The notes below the pieces were generated by a model that ran no database searches, was not told where the DNA came from, and saw only the letters and a program-made list of their open reading frames with translations. The position numbers and the translations under genes were made by a program. A stretch of DNA of 64,000 nucleotides from Clostridia bacterium (lineage in GTDB: Bacteria; Bacillota; Clostridia; Christensenellales; Aristaeellaceae), in assembly GCA_017463245.1 (NCBI GenBank), contig JAFTPN010000017.1, forward strand, positions 88,422 to 152,421, written 5' to 3'. Below, piece by piece: positions 40,913-50,289 of this stretch. Position 1 is the stretch's first letter; each line of letters begins with the position of its first letter.

Positions 40913-43420
40913 ATGAATAGCGCGGCTGAAATGCAGCGTGGTAAGCAGCGGGATTATACGCCGCTGATATCCAAGGTGATTATTGCCCTGCTCCTGATCC
41001 TCGGCCTGGCGATGATCGGCGCCGGTGTGATGGGCATCAGGGACTTTGACGCCTCCGGTTATGACGCGGAGGACGCTTACAGCGCCATTCGCGATCTGTC
41101 CGCTGTGGTGGACAGCGACTGGGAAACCAAGCTCCAGCCTCTCCTGGCGGAGCAGACCCCGGAGACCAAGGCCGAGCTGGATGCTGCTGCCTATGCCATG
41201 CTGGCAGAACTGTGGGAGAGCCAGCGCGAAGGCTCCACCGCTGATCTGGACGCCTGCCTGGCTTCCTTTGCCGAGGGTGAGCGTGCGGAGAAGACCTACC
41301 AGCTGCTGTATGCTGGCTATGCCGTGAATGGCCCCCGCATCACCACCGCTATCCGCAAGGAGCTGGCGCTGGTGCCTGCCGAAGAGCGCGAGGACTTCCG
41401 CCGCGCCGTGCTGGCCTGCATCACCGATGAAACCGCCCCCCTGCCCGCCAATGCCACCAAGGCTGCGGGCGAACTGGAGGGTGCCAAGCGTGCTGCCATG
41501 CTGATGCAGGTGTACTTCGTCAGCTATGACGATAGCGGCGTGGGCGTTGATACCGAGCTGGCCAACAGCTTCAAGAAGGCTGTGCGCAACAAGAGCGCGC
41601 AGCTGGATGCCTATGCCAAGGTGGTCTCCGGCGAAGTTGGCTGGCTGACCGCTACCGTGTTTGGCAACAGCCGCACCATCATCCTCCTGGGCATCCTGCT
41701 GGTGGTGGATATGCTGCTGCTGATCTTCCTGATGAGCAAGGAAAAGACCTGGATCATCGACTTCAAGTGGATCCTGATCCTGGCCATTGTGGACTTCCTG
41801 CTGGTATTCCAGCTCTTCCCGCTGATCTACCTGGCGGCCAAGGCTTTCATTGTGGATGGAGCCTTCAGCCTGGAGACCATCAAACGTTTGTATACCTATG
41901 AAATGAACCTGAAGGCGCTGCTCAACACGCTGATCGCCTCCGGTGCCACCATGGTGCTGGGTACCCTGCTGGCCTTCCCCCTGGCCTGGCTGGTGGGTCG
42001 CACCAACCTGTATGGCAAGAAATTCTTCCGCAGCCTGTTTGTATTGACCTACATGGTGCCGCCCTATGTGGGCGCCATGGCCTGGCTGCGCCTGTTGAAC
42101 CCCAATGTGGGCACCATCAACCAGGTCATCCGCATGATCTTCAACATGGGCGATGTCACCGGCCCGTTGAACATCTACTCCCTGGGCGGATTGATCTGGG
42201 TGCTGACCACCTTCTACTATCCCTACGCTTTCATCACCATCAGCCGAGCGATGGAGAAGATGGATCCCTCCCTGGAGGAAGCCAGCCGCATTTCCGGCGC
42301 TTCTCCCCTGAAGACCCTCTTCACCGTGACCCTGCCCATGATGACGCCCTCGCTCATCGCAGGCGCGCTGCTGGTGTTTGTGTGTGCCGCTTCCTGCTAC
42401 GGCATTCCCTCCATTATCGCTGCACCGGGCAAGGTGCATACGGTGACCACCCGCATCATCGACTACATGGGTCTGGGCGACCAGGGCATGAACGATGCCA
42501 CCGGCCTGGCGGTGTTCCTGATGGTGATCGCCATCATCGTCTTGTATGTTTCGGACTTTGTGGTGGCGAAGAAGCAGTACATCACCGTGTCCGGCAAGTC
42601 CACCCGCCCCAACATCGTTGACCTGCGGCGCTGGCGCATCCCCATGACGATCCTGGTGTCCCTGTTCGCCATCATCGTCATCGGCCTGCCCTTCGCCACC
42701 ATCCTCATCACCTCCTTCAAGGTGGACGTGGGCAAGGGTCTGTGGGAGGCTGGCAACTTCACCCTGAACCAGTGGACGCAGATCTTCGGTCGCACGGAGA
42801 CGCTTGCATCCCTGAAAAACTCGCTGATCTTCGGCGCGGTAACGGCGACCATCGGCATCGTGGTGGCCTGCGTGATGAGCTACCTCCTGCAGCGCACCCG
42901 CATCCGCGGCCGCAAGATCCCGGACTTCCTGATCACGCTGGGCTCCGGCACCCCCTCGGTGGTTATCGCCCTGGGTCTGATCATGACCATGAAGGGCAAC
43001 TATGGCGTGAACATCTACAACACCGCCTACATCATGATCGTGGCCTACCTGATCAAGTACCTGATGATGGGTATGCGCACGGTGGTTTCCGCCATGAGCC
43101 AGATCCACGTGTCCCTGGAGGAATGCAGCCAGGTCTCCGGCGCCAGCTGGCTGAGAACCATGTTCAAGATCACCGGCCCGCTGATCTTCCCCTCCATTGC
43201 GGCAGGCTGGTTCCTGATCTTCATCCCCAGCTTCTACGAGCTTTCCATGACGACGCTCCTGTATTCCAACAGCACCAAGACCATTGGCTTCCAGCTCTAT
43301 GAATACTGGACGTACACCAGCCAGCCCCAGAGCTGCGCCATGGCCTGCGGCATTCTGGGCGTGGTCATTCTGCTGAACTTTGTCCTCAACCGCCTCACCA
43401 AGGGCGAATTCTCCATCTGA
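40913..43420 (+). CDS. ABC importer permease, duplicated BPD_transp_1 type (FbpB-like), with ~300-aa N-terminal extension
   Basis: ATG 40913 lies 7 nt after AAGGGGGA; ATG 40880 is possible. The C-terminal ~540 aa contain two permease repeats with EAA-like loops (MDPSLEEASRISGASPLKTLFTVTLP ; HVSLEECSQVSGASWLRTMFKITGP). The N-terminus adds 3 TM segments and a ~190-aa helical loop. Confidence 0.8.
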   Translation: MNSAAEMQRGKQRDYTPLISKVIIALLLILGLAMIGAGVMGIRDFDASGYDAEDAYSAIRDLSAVVDSDWETKLQPLLAEQTPETKAELDAAAYAMLAELWESQREGSTADLDACLASFAEGERAEKTYQLLYAGYAVNGPRITTAIRKELALVPAEEREDFRRAVLACITDETAPLPANATKAAGELEGAKRAAMLMQVYFVSYDDSGVGVDTELANSFKKAVRNKSAQLDAYAKVVSGEVGWLTATVFGNSRTIILLGILLVVDMLLLIFLMSKEKTWIIDFKWILILAIVDFLLVFQLFPLIYLAAKAFIVDGAFSLETIKRLYTYEMNLKALLNTLIASGATMVLGTLLAFPLAWLVGRTNLYGKKFFRSLFVLTYMVPPYVGAMAWLRLLNPNVGTINQVIRMIFNMGDVTGPLNIYSLGGLIWVLTTFYYPYAFITISRAMEKMDPSLEEASRISGASPLKTLFTVTLPMMTPSLIAGALLVFVCAASCYGIPSIIAAPGKVHTVTTRIIDYMGLGDQGMNDATGLAVFLMVIAIIVLYVSDFVVAKKQYITVSGKSTRPNIVDLRRWRIPMTILVSLFAIIVIGLPFATILITSFKVDVGKGLWEAGNFTLNQWTQIFGRTETLASLKNSLIFGAVTATIGIVVACVMSYLLQRTRIRGRKIPDFLITLGSGTPSVVIALGLIMTMKGNYGVNIYNTAYIMIVAYLIKYLMMGMRTVVSAMSQIHVSLEECSQVSGASWLRTMFKITGPLIFPSIAAGWFLIFIPSFYELSMTTLLYSNSTKTIGFQLYEYWTYTSQPQSCAMACGILGVVILLNFVLNRLTKGEFSI

Positions 43421-43436
43421 GAAAGGGGAAATACCG

Positions 43437-44516
43437 ATGGCAACCGTTACGATCAAGCACATCACCAAGGCCTTTGGTGACAATGTGGTTCTCAAGGAAT
43501 TCAACGAAACCTTCCACGATGGCGAGTTCATCACCCTGCTGGGCCCCTCCGGCTGCGGCAAGACCACCATGCTGCGCATCATTGCCGGCTTTGAAAAGCC
43601 CACCTCCGGCGAATTGTACATCGACGACCAGCTGGTGTCCGGCGGCAAGACCTTCATCCCGCCGGAAAAGCGCAGCGTGGGCATGGTGTTCCAGAGCTAC
43701 GCCGTGTGGCCGCACATGAATGTGTATGACAACGTGGCCTACCCCCTGACCATCAAAAAGACCCCCAAGGCGGAGATCAAAAAGCAGGTGGATCGGGTGC
43801 TGGAGATCGTGCATTTGTCCCAGTATGCCGAGCGCTTCCCCAACCAGCTTTCCGGCGGCCAGCAGCAGCGTGTGGCGCTGGCTCGCGCCCTGGTGGCAGC
43901 GCCCAAGCTGCTCCTGCTGGATGAGCCCCTCTCCAACCTGGACGCCAAGCTGCGCGAGTCCATGCGCTTTGAGATCAAGGAGATCCAGAAGGAGCTGGGC
44001 ATCACCGTGGTCTACGTCACCCACGACCAGACCGAGGCCATGGCCATGAGCGACCGCATCTTCCTGATCAACCGCGGCGTGGTGCAGCAGTGCGACACCC
44101 CCGAGAACATCTACAACCAGCCTGCCAACCAGTTCGTGGCGGACTTCCTGGGCAAGGTGGAGTTCTTCAAGGGCGTGGCCAAGAACGGCAAGATCACCTT
44201 CCCCGCCTTGGGCGATCAGCACATCAAGTACGATGGCCCCAAGACCGGCGCGGTGGAGGTGGCCATCCGTCCGGAGAACATCTCCTTCACCTCCGTGAAG
44301 AAGGGCGACCTGACCGGCGTGCTGGAAGCCCAGTACTACCTGGGCGACGTGGACGACTGCCGTGTGCGCGTGGGCGACAGCACCGTGCGCGTGATTGCTC
44401 CCGGCGCGGCCTTCAAGAAGCTGAAGGACGGCCAGGAGGTTGGCCTGACGGTGGACGACTATCTGGTGTTCGACGACGACGGAATGCTGGAGAAGCTGCT
44501 GGAAATCCAAACCTAA
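43437..44516 (+). CDS. ABC importer ATP-binding protein with C-terminal TOBE domain
   Basis: Trimmed to ATG 43437 (MATVTIKHITKAF...). Walker A GPSGCGKTT, signature LSGGQQQR, Walker B LLLLDEPLS. C-terminal TOBE-like beta domain. Confidence 0.9.
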   Translation: MATVTIKHITKAFGDNVVLKEFNETFHDGEFITLLGPSGCGKTTMLRIIAGFEKPTSGELYIDDQLVSGGKTFIPPEKRSVGMVFQSYAVWPHMNVYDNVAYPLTIKKTPKAEIKKQVDRVLEIVHLSQYAERFPNQLSGGQQQRVALARALVAAPKLLLLDEPLSNLDAKLRESMRFEIKEIQKELGITVVYVTHDQTEAMAMSDRIFLINRGVVQQCDTPENIYNQPANQFVADFLGKVEFFKGVAKNGKITFPALGDQHIKYDGPKTGAVEVAIRPENISFTSVKKGDLTGVLEAQYYLGDVDDCRVRVGDSTVRVIAPGAAFKKLKDGQEVGLTVDDYLVFDDDGMLEKLLEIQT

Positions 44517-44523
44517 CGGTTTC

Positions 44524-44690
44524 GTTGAAGTGGCAAAGCCACTTCAACGAGGGTTGCACTCCGTCACTGTGTCCGGCGCAAGCGCCGTCCACGGCCGTTC
44601 CTCCGTGTAAGGAATGTTTTCAGCAGAGCTGAAAACGCCCCGCCCCGGCGGCAAAGCCGCCGGATACGATTACAGTCCTGGCGGACGGCT
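44524..44690 (+). repeat. F3 multi-hairpin repeat, copy 3
   Basis: GTTGAAGTGGCAAAGCCACTTCAAC GAGGGTTGCACTCCGTCACTGTG...CCACGG...GTTTTCAGCAGAGCTGAAAAC...CCGGCGGCAAAGCCGCCGG ATACGATTACAGTC is colinear with copies 1 and 2. Confidence 0.8.
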
Positions 44691-44721
44691 AAGTAAGAGA
44701 TTTCCAAGAATGTGAAGAGGC

Positions 44722-44764
44722 AAAACAGCCCCGCAGCGGTTTGATCTGCTGCGGGGCTGTCTTT
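44722..44764. terminator. bidirectional terminator between the ABC operon and mfd
   Basis: AAAA-CAGCCCCGCAGC-GGTTTGAT-CTGCTGCGGGGCTG-TCTTT. Confidence 0.75.
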
Positions 44765-47700
44765 ATGCATTTTGAGCGGCTTCCTTCAGTTCGTCCACCT
44801 TGGCGGTGAGCTTTTTCAGCACCGCTACACCCTCGCGGAGCATATCCCGCTCCGGCAGGCGGGGATCCTTCAAAAGCAGCGCCGTGGGGCGGGTGGCGGA
44901 GAGTGACAGCCGCCTGTCCACACCCATGGCTTGCAGGAGGATCATGGGTTCCGGGGTGCAGCGCTCGTCCAGCTTCATCATCAATTGACCCTGGCGGTAC
45001 AGCACCTGGCTCACGCCCAGACGGTTGGCCAGGGCGCGGAGCTGGGCAATGTCCAGCAGGGCATCCACCACGGCAGGGGTCTCGCCAAAGCGATCCAGCA
45101 GCTCGTCGGTAATGTCCTCCCGGTCGGCCTCGGTGCTGAGGGCGGCAATGCGCTTGTACATCTCCATGCGCTGGCGCTCGTCCCGCACATAGTCGCCGGG
45201 CAGGTAGGCATCCACCTTCAAGTCCACACGGGTCTCCAGCTCGCTGGGGTTCATCAGGCCGCCCTGCACCTCGTGGAGGGTCTCCTCGATGAGCTTGCAG
45301 TACATGTCGTAGCCCACGGTGGCCAGGTGGCCGTGCTGCTCGGGGCCAAGGATGTTGCCCGCGCCGCGAATTTCCAGGTCGCGCATGGCGATGCGGAAGC
45401 CTGCGCCGAACTCGGTGAATTCCCGGATGGCGGAGAGCCGCTGCTCGGCGGTCTCGGAGAGCATCTTGTCCGGGCGGACGGTGAAGTAGGCATAGGCCTG
45501 ACGGTTGCTGCGCCCCACGCGGCCACGGAGCTGATATAGCTGGCTCAGGCCAAAGCGGTCTGCGTCAAACACGAACAGCGTGTTGGCAGTGGGCACGTCC
45601 AGCCCGCTTTCGATGATGGTAGTGCACAGCAGCACATCGTAGCTGCCTGCGTAGAAGTCCATCATCACGTCCTCCAGGCCATGCTCCTTCATCTGGCCGT
45701 GGGCCACGCCGATGCGGGCCTCCGGCACCAGGGCGCGCAGGCGGTTGTAGAACTGCTCGATGGAGTTCACCCGGTTGTAGAGGAAGTACACCTGCCCGCC
45801 GCGGCTCAGCTCGCGGAGGATGGCGTCGCGCACCAGGGCGTCGGAGTACTCCACCACATGGGTCTGCACGGGCATGCGCTCCTCCGGCGGGGTCTCCAGC
45901 ACGGACATATCGCGGATGCCCACCATGCTCATGTGGAGCGTGCGGGGGATGGGCGTGGCGGAGAGGGTCAGCACGTCCATCTGGGTCTTCATGTTTTTGA
46001 TGACTTCCTTGTGCGCCACGCCGAAGCGCTGCTCCTCGTCCACGATGAGCAGCCCCAGGTTCTTGAACTGCACATCCTTGGCCAGCAGGCGGTGGGTACC
46101 CACAAGAATATCGATGCTGCCGTCCTTGAGGCGGGCAAGCACGTCCTTGGCCTCCTTGGCGGTGCGGAAGCGGCTAAGCACATCGCAGCTGACAGGGAAG
46201 CCCTTGAAGCGCTTGATCACCGTGTTGTAGTGCTGCTGCGCCAGGATGGTGGTGGGGGCGAGGATAGCCACCTGCTTGCCGTCCATCACGGCCTTGAAGG
46301 CGGCGCGGAGGCTGACCTCCGTTTTGCCGTAGCCCACGTCGCCGCACAGCAGGCGATCCATGTTGCGGTGGGATTCCATGTCGCGGGTGATCTCCCGCAC
46401 GGACTGCTCCTGGTCGGGGGTCAGCTCGTAGGGGAACTGATCCTCAAACTGGCGCTGCCAGGGGGTATCGGGGCCGAAGGCGTAGCCCTGCTGCTGGCTG
46501 CGCTTGGCGTAGAGCGCCACCAGGTCGAAGGCCAGCTTTTTCAGGCCTTCCTTCACCTTGGACTTCTGCTTTTGCCAGTCGCCGCCGCCCAGGCGGTTCA
46601 GCTTGGGGGGCTGGTTGGGGTTGCCGATGTAGCGCTGCACCCGCTCCAGCTGCTCGATGGGCACATAGAGCTTGTCGCTGCCCTGATACTGGATGAGCAG
46701 GTAGTCCCGGTAGGTGCCCTCGCTTTGCAGGTGGATGGTGCCCTGGTAGATGCCCACGCCGTGATCTTCGTGTACCACATAGTCGCCCACCTTCAGGTCG
46801 GTGAAGGCGGCGATGCGCTCGCCGGAGTTTTTGCGCGCCTTGGCCTTGCGGTAGCCTGCGCCGTAGATGTCCGAATCGGAAACCACCACCAGCCTGGCTT
46901 CCGGCCAGATGAAGCCGTGACCCAGGGTGATGGGCAGCACCAGCACCTCGCCCAGGATCAGGTTGTGGGCGTCCTCCACAAAGGTGGCGGGGCAGCCCAG
47001 CTCGGTGAGGGACTGGGTGAGGCGCTTGCCGCGAGCCACGCCGCCGGAGAGCAGCGCAATGGCATAGCCCTGCTGCCGCCAGGCGTTGCAGTCGGCGGCC
47101 AGCAGCTTCACCTGGGATTGATAGCCCGCCACGCCCTTGCAGCCCAGGTCGATGACCTTTTGTGTTTTTACGCCGCCCATGCCCCGCAGGAACTCGGAGA
47201 AGGTGGCCAGGGGACGCTGCATCAGGCTTTGCAGCAGGGTCTCCCAGTCCAGGAGCAGCTTCTCCTGCTGCTGCACCGCTTCGCCGCGCTCCATGGCGGC
47301 GTGGAGATCCTCGGAGAAGCCCCGCAGACGCTCGTCGCTGCGGTCACGGAGCTGGTCGGGCTGGGAGAGCAGGATCACATCCGGCTGGAACCAGTCCAGC
47401 AGGGTGTGTACTTCGTCGGTCAGCACGGGCAGCCAGGCGCGGATGCGGCGGAAGGGCAAGCCCTGCTCCACCAGGTCTGCATCGGAAAGCAGCTGGGAGG
47501 TGCGGCGCTCGATCTCCGCGGTGCGGGTGGCAGAGGCCGCCTTTTCCCGTGCCTTGGGGGCGATCTTCTCATCAAAGAAGGAGGGCAGCTCGTCGTCGTC
47601 CTCCGGCAGGGGAGGCAGGTCGGCAAAGAGCAGGGATTCGGCGGCCTTCTCCGGCTCGCTGCCCTGCACCGCGTCCCGCATCCGCTGGGCGGCGGAGGCC

Positions 47701-48398
47701 CAGGTGCTTTCGGGCAGCAGCACCTCGGTGGCGGGGGGCATCACGGCCACGCGAACCCGCTCCAGGCTGCGCTGGCTGATGCAGTCGAAGGAGCGGATGG
47801 AGTCGATCTCATCATCGAAGAACTCGATGCGCAGGCTCTGCGCGCCGCTGGGCGGGTAGCAGTCCAGGATGGAGCCGCGCAGGGCGCATTGCCCCTTGCC
47901 CTCTACCATGTTCACCCGCTCGTAGCCCATGCGGGTCAGGCGGCGGATCAGCTCCTCCGGAGCGATGCGGTCGGCCACCATGAGCCGGATGGTGGCGGCG
48001 CGGAAGGGATCAGCCGCACCCATGCGCTGCATGAGGGCGTCCATGGAGGCGCAAAGCAGCCGGGTCTCGCCGCCAGTGACGCGAGCGAGGGTCTCCAGGC
48101 GGCGCCAGGCGCTCTCGTGGCTGGAGGCGCCGCGGGTCAGGTCGATCTCCCCGCCGGGGAGGCAGGCGGCTTGGGCCCCCAGCAGCTGCTGGGCATCATC
48201 GGCGGCGCGGGAGGCCTTCAGGTCGTTGGCGGTCACCAGCAGCACGCGCTTGCCGGTATCAGCCGCCAGCTTGGACGCGACAAAAGCGGCCTGTCCTTCA
48301 GGAAGGCCGGTGACGGCGGTGGGGGTGGAGGAGTGGAGGTGGTCAAGCAGCTGCTTGATGGAGGCGGAGGCGGCTCCGCCGAGAAGGGCTTGGGACAT
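44763..48398 (-). CDS. mfd: transcription-repair coupling factor
   Basis: Trimmed to ATG 48398 (MSQALLGGAASASIKQLL...) after a GGAGG RBS. CarD-like domain (DYVVHEDHGVGIY), SF2 motifs (LLCGDVGYGKTEV, LLIVDEEQRFG) and a TRCF C-terminal domain are present. Confidence 0.93.
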   Translation of the reverse strand: MSQALLGGAASASIKQLLDHLHSSTPTAVTGLPEGQAAFVASKLAADTGKRVLLVTANDLKASRAADDAQQLLGAQAACLPGGEIDLTRGASSHESAWRRLETLARVTGGETRLLCASMDALMQRMGAADPFRAATIRLMVADRIAPEELIRRLTRMGYERVNMVEGKGQCALRGSILDCYPPSGAQSLRIEFFDDEIDSIRSFDCISQRSLERVRVAVMPPATEVLLPESTWASAAQRMRDAVQGSEPEKAAESLLFADLPPLPEDDDELPSFFDEKIAPKAREKAASATRTAEIERRTSQLLSDADLVEQGLPFRRIRAWLPVLTDEVHTLLDWFQPDVILLSQPDQLRDRSDERLRGFSEDLHAAMERGEAVQQQEKLLLDWETLLQSLMQRPLATFSEFLRGMGGVKTQKVIDLGCKGVAGYQSQVKLLAADCNAWRQQGYAIALLSGGVARGKRLTQSLTELGCPATFVEDAHNLILGEVLVLPITLGHGFIWPEARLVVVSDSDIYGAGYRKAKARKNSGERIAAFTDLKVGDYVVHEDHGVGIYQGTIHLQSEGTYRDYLLIQYQGSDKLYVPIEQLERVQRYIGNPNQPPKLNRLGGGDWQKQKSKVKEGLKKLAFDLVALYAKRSQQQGYAFGPDTPWQRQFEDQFPYELTPDQEQSVREITRDMESHRNMDRLLCGDVGYGKTEVSLRAAFKAVMDGKQVAILAPTTILAQQHYNTVIKRFKGFPVSCDVLSRFRTAKEAKDVLARLKDGSIDILVGTHRLLAKDVQFKNLGLLIVDEEQRFGVAHKEVIKNMKTQMDVLTLSATPIPRTLHMSMVGIRDMSVLETPPEERMPVQTHVVEYSDALVRDAILRELSRGGQVYFLYNRVNSIEQFYNRLRALVPEARIGVAHGQMKEHGLEDVMMDFYAGSYDVLLCTTIIESGLDVPTANTLFVFDADRFGLSQLYQLRGRVGRSNRQAYAYFTVRPDKMLSETAEQRLSAIREFTEFGAGFRIAMRDLEIRGAGNILGPEQHGHLATVGYDMYCKLIEETLHEVQGGLMNPSELETRVDLKVDAYLPGDYVRDERQRMEMYKRIAALSTEADREDITDELLDRFGETPAVVDALLDIAQLRALANRLGVSQVLYRQGQLMMKLDERCTPEPMILLQAMGVDRRLSLSATRPTALLLKDPRLPERDMLREGVAVLKKLTAKVDELKEAAQNA

Positions 48399-48412
48399 AA
48401 AACCTCCGGAAA

Positions 48413-48738
48413 AATTCGGAATTCGGAATTCGGAATGCGGAATTGAGAGTGTGGTACGGGCGGGCGATCGCAGATCGCCCCTACAGGTGCGGAAACTTGT
48501 TTGACGTTGGTGCAAGTGGCAGAACCACTCCCTCAGTCAGCGCAAGCGCTGACAGCTCCCTCGGGGAGGGAGCCTTTTGGCGGGTGCATAGCCTTGCAGT
48601 CCCCGCGTCGCGGCGCGACAGTATTCGCGCCGTGACCCCTGCTCGGAGACCGACCAGAAACGCTATCCCCGCATGGGTTTCGAAAGGGTCGAAGACCCTT
48701 CGTAGGGGAGTGCAGAGGGGACAAAGTCCCCTCTGCCC
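48413..48738 (+). repeat. hairpin-train (F1) mosaic element with 4 heptamers and an embedded single REP
   Basis: AATTCGG x3, AATGCGG, AATTGAG AGTGTGG; REP GCGGGCGATCGCAGATCGCCCCTAC (48460-48484); then AGTGGCAGAACCACT, GTCAGCG-CAAG-CGCTGAC, CTCCCTCGGGGAGGGAG, CCGCGTCGCGG, GGGTCGAAGACCC and GCAGAGGGGACAAAGTCCCCTCTGC. The last hairpin ends 5 nt before the pth stop. Confidence 0.85.
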
Positions 48739-48741
48739 CCG

Positions 48742-49320
48742 TCACTTCCCGTTGTAGCTTTGCATGGCGTGGTCGATACCGGATTTGAGCCAGGCTTCGA
48801 CGCAGTCGGCGGCGTTAGTGAAGGCGGTGGCCATGGCGTCCTGCTCTTCGCGGGTCTGGTAGTGGGAGAGGACCCAATTGGCCAGGTCCCAGCCTTCGGG
48901 TTTGGCGCCCACGCCCACGCGGATGCGGGGGAAAACCTGGCTGGGGGTATGCTGGAGGATGGAGCGCATACCGTTGTGGGTGCCGGCGCTGCCGGACTTG
49001 CGCACGCGGAGCTTGCCCAGGGGCAGGTCGATGTCGTCATAGATGATCAGCAGGTGATCCAGGGGGCATTTGTACCACTGGAGCAGCTCGCCCACGCACA
49101 GGCCGGACTCGTTCATATAGGTCTGGGGCTGGCAGAGGACGACGCGCTTGCCGTCGATGGTCACCTCGGCCAGCAGGCCATTGCACTTCTTGCGGGTGAG
49201 GGGGGCGTTCCAGCGGCGGGAGAGGATATCGGTGGTATCGAAGCCTACGTTGTGGCGGGTGTGGGCGTACTCTCTGCCGGGATTGCCCAGGCCTACGATG
49301 ATCCAGGTTTCTTTTTCCAT
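48742..49320 (-). CDS. pth: peptidyl-tRNA hydrolase
   Basis: ATG 49320 (MEKETWIIVGLGNPGREYAHTRHNVGF...) carries the classical Pth signature. The track start (TTG 49335) is less likely. Confidence 0.92.
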   Translation of the reverse strand: MEKETWIIVGLGNPGREYAHTRHNVGFDTTDILSRRWNAPLTRKKCNGLLAEVTIDGKRVVLCQPQTYMNESGLCVGELLQWYKCPLDHLLIIYDDIDLPLGKLRVRKSGSAGTHNGMRSILQHTPSQVFPRIRVGVGAKPEGWDLANWVLSHYQTREEQDAMATAFTNAADCVEAWLKSGIDHAMQSYNGK

Positions 49321-49395
49321 AAGTAATTTCTCCAAAACACGTTTTCGCGGAGAGGCAAAATGGATACCCCTCCGCTAAAGTATGGTCAGCTTTTG

Positions 49396-50217
49396 TCAGT
49401 TCATGAGCCAGTCTGCGGGCTTGATGACGGCAGTCTGCTGCTCGTCGCCGGTGATGTCCAGCACCATCAGGCTCTTGTGGCCGGAGATGCGCTTCTTGGC
49501 CGGGGCGGCGGTCTCCATCACGAAGGCCATGCCCACCACGTCCACGTTGAATTCCCGCATCAGCTCCACCATGCCGTTGGCGGTGCCGCCAGCCTTGAGG
49601 AAGTCGTCCACGATCAGGGTGCGCTGGCCTTCCTTCACGGCGCGGCGGGAGAGGGACATGGTTTCGATATGGCCGGAGGAACCAGCCACATAGTTGATGT
49701 TCACCGCGCTGCCCTCATACACCTTGGAGGAACGGCGGGCGATGACCAGCGGCACGCCCAGGGCATTGGCGGTGTACATGGCCACGGGAATGCCCTTGGT
49801 CTCCATGGTGAGGACAAAGTCCGGCGCGGCATCGTAGTATTCCGTGGCGATGATCTCACCCATGCGACGCACGATCTCCGGGCTGGAAAGGATATCCGAG
49901 GAATACAGGAAGCCGCCGGGCAGCACGCGGCTGGTGCCGGAAAGCTCCTGGCTCAATTCCTGGATGTACTGGCGGGCAGCCTCGCGGCTGATGGTGGCGC
50001 GGTAGCGCACGCCCCCGGCAGCGCCGGTAACGGTCTCCAGTTCGCCCAGGCCAAACTGCTTCACCACCTCGCGGAGGATGTCGATATCCTCGCTCATGGT
50101 GGACTTGGCAGCGCCGAAAAGCTCGCAGAAGTAGGAAAGGGTAAAGATGCGGTTAGGTGCATCGGCAAGGATCTTCATCATGGCGCTCATGCGCTCGTTG
50201 CGGCGGATCTTCTCCAA
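49396..50217 (-). CDS. purR: purine operon repressor
   Basis: TTG 50217 lies 9 nt after AAGGAG. MEKIRRNERMSAMMKILADAPNRIFTLSYFCELFGAAKSTMSEDIDIL is PurR N-terminal domain-like. The PRT motif TLIVDDFLKAGGT is present. The purR...pth-mfd order matches that of Bacillus. Confidence 0.88.
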   Translation of the reverse strand: MEKIRRNERMSAMMKILADAPNRIFTLSYFCELFGAAKSTMSEDIDILREVVKQFGLGELETVTGAAGGVRYRATISREAARQYIQELSQELSGTSRVLPGGFLYSSDILSSPEIVRRMGEIIATEYYDAAPDFVLTMETKGIPVAMYTANALGVPLVIARRSSKVYEGSAVNINYVAGSSGHIETMSLSRRAVKEGQRTLIVDDFLKAGGTANGMVELMREFNVDVVGMAFVMETAAPAKKRISGHKSLMVLDITGDEQQTAVIKPADWLMN

Positions 50218-50289
50218 CTGGGGTCGCTCCTTTCATCATACCCGCCTATTATAGCACAAGTTTGCGAATGATGGAAGAGGAAAATTGCA

